From Candidatus Babeliales bacterium (GTDB taxonomy: Bacteria > Babelota > Babeliae > Babelales > JANWKD01), in contig OY969622.1 of NCBI GenBank assembly GCA_963701665.1, forward strand, positions 928,001-992,000: a DNA stretch of 64,000 bases. The letters run 5' to 3'. Made by a program: the position numbers and the translations under genes. Below the pieces are notes generated by a model. That model was given only the letters and a program-made list of their open reading frames with translations. It had not been told where the DNA came from and made no database searches. Shown here in pieces: positions 58,795-64,000 of this stretch; the first letter of the stretch is position 1, and each line of letters opens with the position of its first letter.

Positions 58795-58905
58795 CGAGAG
58801 CCCCATCCCCTGATAAAAAGTTACTAAAAAAAATTAACGAAAAAAATCCCCTTTAATAAGATATTTTAAAAATAACCATTTTACGCCCATTAGTCAAAAG
58901 AATTT

Positions 58906-61440
58906 CTATTTATTTCTAGTATTTCCCCCATTTGGCAACCGATAATAGAGTAATTTCACTAGTTCCGTACCTATAAAATAAAAAACGGTAATGCCAATAA
59001 TAGTCCAATACATTGCCCAGGTAGGCGCCTTAAAATGGAAGAGCTCTTTCCCTATAGTTGTTGAGGGAATTACGAGCGTCACTAGTGCAGCTATGCAGGA
59101 CAATGCCACCAAAATAAGCGAGGGAAACTTTGCCTTGAAAAACACTCGTTTGGTTCGTATCGCATATATCGAAACGAGTGAGGTAAGAATGTTTTCTATA
59201 AACCAGTTCGTTTGTAAGACTTCAGGTGAGATACGATAAAACAGGAAAACAATAATACCATCACAACAGGAATTCACCACCGCAAGCATCGTTGAAAGGA
59301 GCAATAAATCTTTAAAAATATAGCTTTTAGGTTTGCGCAGTTCTTCTTGGTCAACGGTATCTGTTGCTATCGCAATCAACGGAAAATCAGAAAGAAGATT
59401 CACCAGCAAAATTTGCAATGGCAGCATGGGCAAAAAATCAAGAAAGAGCGATGCGATTGCTACGGAATAAAAATTACCAAATACGGAAGAAAAAGTCGTT
59501 TTTAAATATTTTATGGTATTGGCATATACCATGCGGCCTTGATAAATGCCATCGATAATGACGTTCAAGCTTTTTTTGAGCAAAATGATATCCGCAGCAT
59601 CACGGGCAATATCTGATGCTCCTTGCACAACGAGCGCGACATGCGCAACTTTCAATGCCGGTGCGTCATTAATGCCATCTCCTAAATAACCAACCTGATT
59701 TTTCTCTTGTAAAAACTTAACAATTTCATATTTTTGTTGCGGCTCAAAACGGGCAAAAATTGTGTAATCATTAGCAGCTTGCCTTTTTTGTTCTTGCGAT
59801 AATGCGGCAAAAGCTGCACCCGTGATAACACTTTTTTCATCGGAAATTAATCCTATTTGTTTTCCAACCGCATAACCAACGTCTGGTGAATCCCCTGTTA
59901 AAATTTTAAGGGTAACACCTAATTTTTTTGCCTTTATAACTGCTTGATGCGCATCTTTTTTGACCGGATCAACAAGAGAAATCAGACCAACAAAATCTAT
60001 ATTTTTTTCATCACGCGCTTCATGTTCAACCTCTAAAGCAATTATTTCCTTTTTTGCTATAACAAGAACGCGATGCGCTTGCTGTTCCTGATCATGGGCC
60101 CATGACAGCGCTGCTTTCTTTTGTTCTTCAGATAACGAGCAGCGTGCAAGCATTACTTCAATGATACCACGCGCTATTAAGATTTTTTTTCCCTCATACT
60201 CTACGACGGCAGTATTGCGCATTCTTTCATGATCAAACGGAATTTCGTAGATAGTTTTATACTGTGCTAGTTTTTCTTGTTGCTGCGCATCAACCGCAGC
60301 CCAACATGCCTGATCAATGGGATTGATACGTACTTGTTTTTTATTTTTGGTAATTATTGAAGCCCCAAGATTCGCATACCATAGTGTAGTTGCGCGATCG
60401 TTACCATACACATCAGCAATTGCCAACATGTTTTCAGTAAGAGTGCCCGTTTTATCAGAACATAAAATATCGATACTTCCTAAATCCTCAATTGCCGATA
60501 ATCGTTTGACAACAACTTTATTGCGCGCCAATAATAATGCTCCACGCGACAAACAAAAGGTAATGACAATTGGTAACGCCTCTGGCGTGATGGTTACCGC
60601 GAGTGAGATAGAAAAAATTAACAATTGTCCAAACGGAGCGTAAAGTCCTTTGAAAACCAGATTAAGAATGAACACGAGAAGCAACGTCGTTGAAACTAAG
60701 AGAATAATAAAACGGCTGAATGACGCCATTTCTTTTGCAAAAACTGTTTCTCGTTCTGCTTGTTGTGTCAGTTGTGCAACGGCTCCGATGGCTGTCTTTT
60801 GTGCCGTTGCTACTACAACGCCTATTCCTTTACCGCCAACTACGGTTGTGCCCATACTTGCCATATTGTTGGCTTGAAACAGTTGTTGAGGTTCATGTGT
60901 AAGTGGTTCTGTAGTTTTTTCAATTGGCACTGATTCGCCCGTAACCATTGATTCATCAATCAGTAATCCTGATTGTTCAATAATGCGGATATCAGCAGGC
61001 ACCATATCACCCGGTTCAATAATAACAATATCACCGGGTACTAACATGATGCTCGGTATTTCAGAATCTTTACCATCACGACGCACTTTTACCGTAGAAA
61101 GAACATATTTTTTGAGTAGCATAAGCGTCTGTTGCGCTTTATATTCCTGATAAAAACCAAGCAACGTATTGATCGCAACGAAGAAAAGAATCATGATGCT
61201 TTCTGTCAGTTCACCAATTGCAAAACCAATCCCCGCCGCGCCAACCAAAAGATACACGAAGGGTGATTTAATTTGATTGAGAAAAATTGACGCCCAGGCA
61301 ACATGTTCTTCTTGAAGTTGATTTTTGCCAAACTCTTTAAGACGCGCTTGAGCATCAGTCGATGATAATCCTTGAGCATTTGTTTTGAAATGCTCAAGAA
61401 CTTCTTGGCTTGATTGTGTACTAAAAGAAAGATTACTCAT
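58906..61440 (-). CDS. mgtA: Mg2+-importing P-type ATPase
   Basis: TGES, TPEALP, CSDKTGTLT, TGD, GDGINDAP, FGNFYS, PFL-like LPMLP. Confidence 0.85.
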   Translation of the reverse strand: MSNLSFSTQSSQEVLEHFKTNAQGLSSTDAQARLKEFGKNQLQEEHVAWASIFLNQIKSPFVYLLVGAAGIGFAIGELTESIMILFFVAINTLLGFYQEYKAQQTLMLLKKYVLSTVKVRRDGKDSEIPSIMLVPGDIVIIEPGDMVPADIRIIEQSGLLIDESMVTGESVPIEKTTEPLTHEPQQLFQANNMASMGTTVVGGKGIGVVVATAQKTAIGAVAQLTQQAERETVFAKEMASFSRFIILLVSTTLLLVFILNLVFKGLYAPFGQLLIFSISLAVTITPEALPIVITFCLSRGALLLARNKVVVKRLSAIEDLGSIDILCSDKTGTLTENMLAIADVYGNDRATTLWYANLGASIITKNKKQVRINPIDQACWAAVDAQQQEKLAQYKTIYEIPFDHERMRNTAVVEYEGKKILIARGIIEVMLARCSLSEEQKKAALSWAHDQEQQAHRVLVIAKKEIIALEVEHEARDEKNIDFVGLISLVDPVKKDAHQAVIKAKKLGVTLKILTGDSPDVGYAVGKQIGLISDEKSVITGAAFAALSQEQKRQAANDYTIFARFEPQQKYEIVKFLQEKNQVGYLGDGINDAPALKVAHVALVVQGASDIARDAADIILLKKSLNVIIDGIYQGRMVYANTIKYLKTTFSSVFGNFYSVAIASLFLDFLPMLPLQILLVNLLSDFPLIAIATDTVDQEELRKPKSYIFKDLLLLSTMLAVVNSCCDGIIVFLFYRISPEVLQTNWFIENILTSLVSIYAIRTKRVFFKAKFPSLILVALSCIAALVTLVIPSTTIGKELFHFKAPTWAMYWTIIGITVFYFIGTELVKLLYYRLPNGGNTRNK

Positions 61441-61542
61441 AGCTCCCTTCAGTTAAAAGCAAAAAAACTTATAAAACTCTCAACTTTATTAAAAAGAATA
61501 CATAAACTAAGAAGCAGCTTTCAACCACTTGCGAAAATAGCT

Positions 61543-61977
61543 ATGACAAAATTAATAAAAGAATTATTACCAACCATCTTGCCACCCGCCACATCATGGC
61601 AACGCCATCTTATTGCGCATTGGGATACTGTTGTGGGTGATTTAAAGCAATATGTGTTTCTTGAAAAAATTCTTGATGATACCACCTTGGTGCTTGGTGT
61701 TACCAACACTTTGTGGATGCAAGAATTATATTATTTGTCTGATGTAATCATCCAAAAAATAAATTCAACGCTAGAATATCCCCACGTCAAAAATATTAGA
61801 TTTTACTATCGACCGAGAAAAAAAATAACGCGTGTATTCCAACCTCCACCAAAAAAAAATCTCATGCCACCATCATGTGTGCTAACATTACCACAAAAAA
61901 AAGCATTAGAACGCATTCCCGATGAGCAATTGCAGGAAGCACTAAAACGTTTTTTAATCAGGTGCATGCACCCATAA
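61543..61977 (+). CDS. dciA: DUF721 / DciA helicase loader-like protein
   Basis: W..VVG, L.LGV....WMQEL.Y, I..KIN, IRF. Confidence 0.75.
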   Translation: MTKLIKELLPTILPPATSWQRHLIAHWDTVVGDLKQYVFLEKILDDTTLVLGVTNTLWMQELYYLSDVIIQKINSTLEYPHVKNIRFYYRPRKKITRVFQPPPKKNLMPPSCVLTLPQKKALERIPDEQLQEALKRFLIRCMHP

Positions 61978-61987
61978 GGAGTTTGTT

Positions 61988-63628
61988 ATGAAGATTTTTA
62001 CCATGGTTCTATGTGCTCTTGCGCTGAGCAGCTTTATAAAAGCTTCTGAAATCACCCTGCAACAGACACCACCGTATCAAACATATTTATTAGCACACTT
62101 TAATCATTTAAATAGTAACCATGACGTAGCGCATCGTTGCTATGAACAGCTCTTGCAACAAACACAACATCCATGCATTTATGAAGGATATGCCCATCAT
62201 CTTTTTCAAACTGAACAATTTCCTCAGCTTATTACCATTGTGCCATTATTAGAAAAACATATGCCAAACAATGTTGATACACAATTATTGTGCGCACATA
62301 CGATGGAAGTCGTTGGCAAACGTCAAGACGCCTGCAACAAATTAACGGCATTAAGTACACAATTTCCTAACAATCCCGAAGTGATTTACCATGCCGCTGC
62401 TTCTCTTGCACAAAATAATCAAAATGATGCTGCCGTCAAATTAATAGATTCATTTCTCTCATCAACCAGTGAGAGTATGAAACATTTTATTTTTTATTTT
62501 TTGAAAGCACAGATTAATGCAGCAGTGGGCAATAAAGAAGGTGCACTTAACAATGTCAAAAAATGCCTTGAACTGAATGATCAGTTTGATCAAGGCTGGC
62601 TATTATATGGGCTCCTCAATGAATTAGCTGGAGAACTTGATTCGGCAATAAACGGCTATAACCAATGTTTACAATTATTAGGACCTAATGAACTTCTTGA
62701 GCGACAAATTATGCAGCTACAAATGCGCAAGCATCATCAAGAACTAACAGAATCAAATCAAGAACTTTTTAAAAAAGCTCATGACATCTTCACGGCAAAA
62801 AATTATGAAGAAGCGCTCACTTTCATTGATTCAATTCTTAAAAAAAGCAATCATCTTCCTAGCAGATTATTAAAGATTGAGATTTTGTGCAGGCTAGGTA
62901 AAGTTCCTCAAGCATTATCATTATTACAAGAATGGGCAACTGCTGATCCTCATAATGAGGTATGGTATAAAACATTAATGCTGCTCTACCAAGCAGGGGC
63001 ACAGCCACACAATGTTCTTGCTGTTTTTAAAACACTTGAAAAGAATAACCCCAAAAATATGTTACCGTTGCTCTATCAAGCAGATTTCTACATAAAAAAT
63101 GATCAAAAACAAGATGCAAAACTGTATTTGCAAAAATCGTTATCACTATGCACTGATCATAAAATTAAAGCCCGAACGTTATTTCAGCTTGCTCTCGTAC
63201 TGTATGACGAGCAGCATCAAGAAGAGGCTATGCAAAAAGCATTAGAAGAAGCGTGCGCACTTTCGTATGAATTTCCTCCTGCGTTCAATCTTCTTGCATA
63301 TCATTATGCAACGACAGATCATCTTGATAAAGCACAAGAATGCATTGGTAAAGCGTTAGCAAAAGATCCTCACAATCCGCATTTCCTCGATACACAAGCA
63401 GTTATTTGGCATAAGAAGAAAGAATTTAATAAGGCCTATGACACATTGCTTGTCTTATCACAGCAACTTCCTAATGATTGCCAGGTACATCAGCATCTTG
63501 CACAGACAGCGCACCACCTTGGCCAACATACCGTTGCACAACAAGCTTTGAAAAAAGCACAAACATTGGGTGCGCAACAAAAAAATAAAGGTGTTCAGAA
63601 AAAAGTAGTAACTATGAACACGAAATAG
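61988..63628 (+). CDS. Secreted TPR-repeat protein
   Basis: Signal peptide, multiple TPRs, NLLAYHYA...DP.N...LDT. Confidence 0.85.
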   Translation: MKIFTMVLCALALSSFIKASEITLQQTPPYQTYLLAHFNHLNSNHDVAHRCYEQLLQQTQHPCIYEGYAHHLFQTEQFPQLITIVPLLEKHMPNNVDTQLLCAHTMEVVGKRQDACNKLTALSTQFPNNPEVIYHAAASLAQNNQNDAAVKLIDSFLSSTSESMKHFIFYFLKAQINAAVGNKEGALNNVKKCLELNDQFDQGWLLYGLLNELAGELDSAINGYNQCLQLLGPNELLERQIMQLQMRKHHQELTESNQELFKKAHDIFTAKNYEEALTFIDSILKKSNHLPSRLLKIEILCRLGKVPQALSLLQEWATADPHNEVWYKTLMLLYQAGAQPHNVLAVFKTLEKNNPKNMLPLLYQADFYIKNDQKQDAKLYLQKSLSLCTDHKIKARTLFQLALVLYDEQHQEEAMQKALEEACALSYEFPPAFNLLAYHYATTDHLDKAQECIGKALAKDPHNPHFLDTQAVIWHKKKEFNKAYDTLLVLSQQLPNDCQVHQHLAQTAHHLGQHTVAQQALKKAQTLGAQQKNKGVQKKVVTMNTK

Positions 63629-63646
63629 ATAAATTAATCGAAAGAT

Positions 63647-63758
63647 GTCATCACGAGGAGCAAAGCGACGTGGTGACCCAGAACTTTAATCTTCATTCCT
63701 TTAAGGAATTAATTTTATAAGCTGGGTTGCCACGCCAACTATGTTGGCTCGCAATGAC
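63647..63758 (-). mobile_element. Gene-less paired hairpin element, subfamily A, inverted
   Basis: Reverse complement of 63722-63758 differs from 46567-46603 by one loop base; left unit resembles 33670-33704. Confidence 0.85.
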
Positions 63759-63882
63759 AATTCGCTGCATTGAATTTGTTTAACTCCTTAAATTTGTGTA
63801 GGCAGAGCTTTTGACAAAAAAATTGATTATTCCATACTCCTTGACTGAGAGACTTTTCAAAACACTCAGCAAAAGGAGCCCT

Positions 63883-64000
63883 ATGAAAAAAATCTTTTTT
63901 GCGTTTTTAGTGCTATGTGCACCGGTATACGCAAGCGTTATGCTTGAAACCTCGTTCAAAGCAAGTTTTGCTCCTAAAGAGCTTTCGCGAGAAAATCCAA
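63883..64000 (+). CDS. Secreted protein, 5' part only (runs off window)
   Basis: AAGGAG RBS, MKKIFFAFLVLCAPVYA. Confidence 0.7.
   Translation, partial: MKKIFFAFLVLCAPVYASVMLETSFKASFAPKELSRENP

Noticed and set aside
20332..63758. Hairpin repeats as CRISPR repeats, integron attC sites or simple terminators
   Set aside because: They are dispersed rather than arrayed, lack unique regular spacers, cas genes, an integrase and GTTRRRY ends, have no U-tracts, and also occur between divergent genes.

Overview
AT-rich bacterial chromosomal window. Gene content points to an intracellular, protist-associated bacterium, most likely Dependentiae/Babelota (TM6); this is inferred, not proven. The evidence is many orphan Sec-signal proteins, a Cys-rich outer-membrane protein family, a split ATP synthase locus and amino-acid/polyamine uptake genes. 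Housekeeping genes include metG, potABCD, an Omp85 gene, gltX, rpsU, rbfA, pilD and a pilin, a folC-like gene, atpR-like/atpB/atpE, sufU, nurA, sufS, a cysK-like gene, fadD, tmk, holB, mgtA and dciA. The most striking signal is a family of YGTC...CCAG hairpin repeats (14 units at 8 loci). Two loci bracket small stand-alone GIY-YIG nuclease genes. Four are ~100-bp gene-less paired elements whose spacers look like internal deletions of those two nuclease elements, and two are solo units. This resembles a RAYT/REPIN-like or MITE-like mobile system, but with a GIY-YIG nuclease instead of a transposase. Other observations: a four-hairpin fused ATP synthase c subunit behind an A9-frameshifted atpB; an ~800-residue lysine-free stretch in a Cys-rich surface protein; seven secreted proteins with Met directly after the predicted signal-peptide cleavage site (one followed by a mitochondrial-presequence-like segment); a probable ATA start for pilD; and a tandem duplication carrying a consensus promoter. 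No rRNA, tRNA or CRISPR array was recognised. Coordinates and counts were read by eye and may be off by a few bases.
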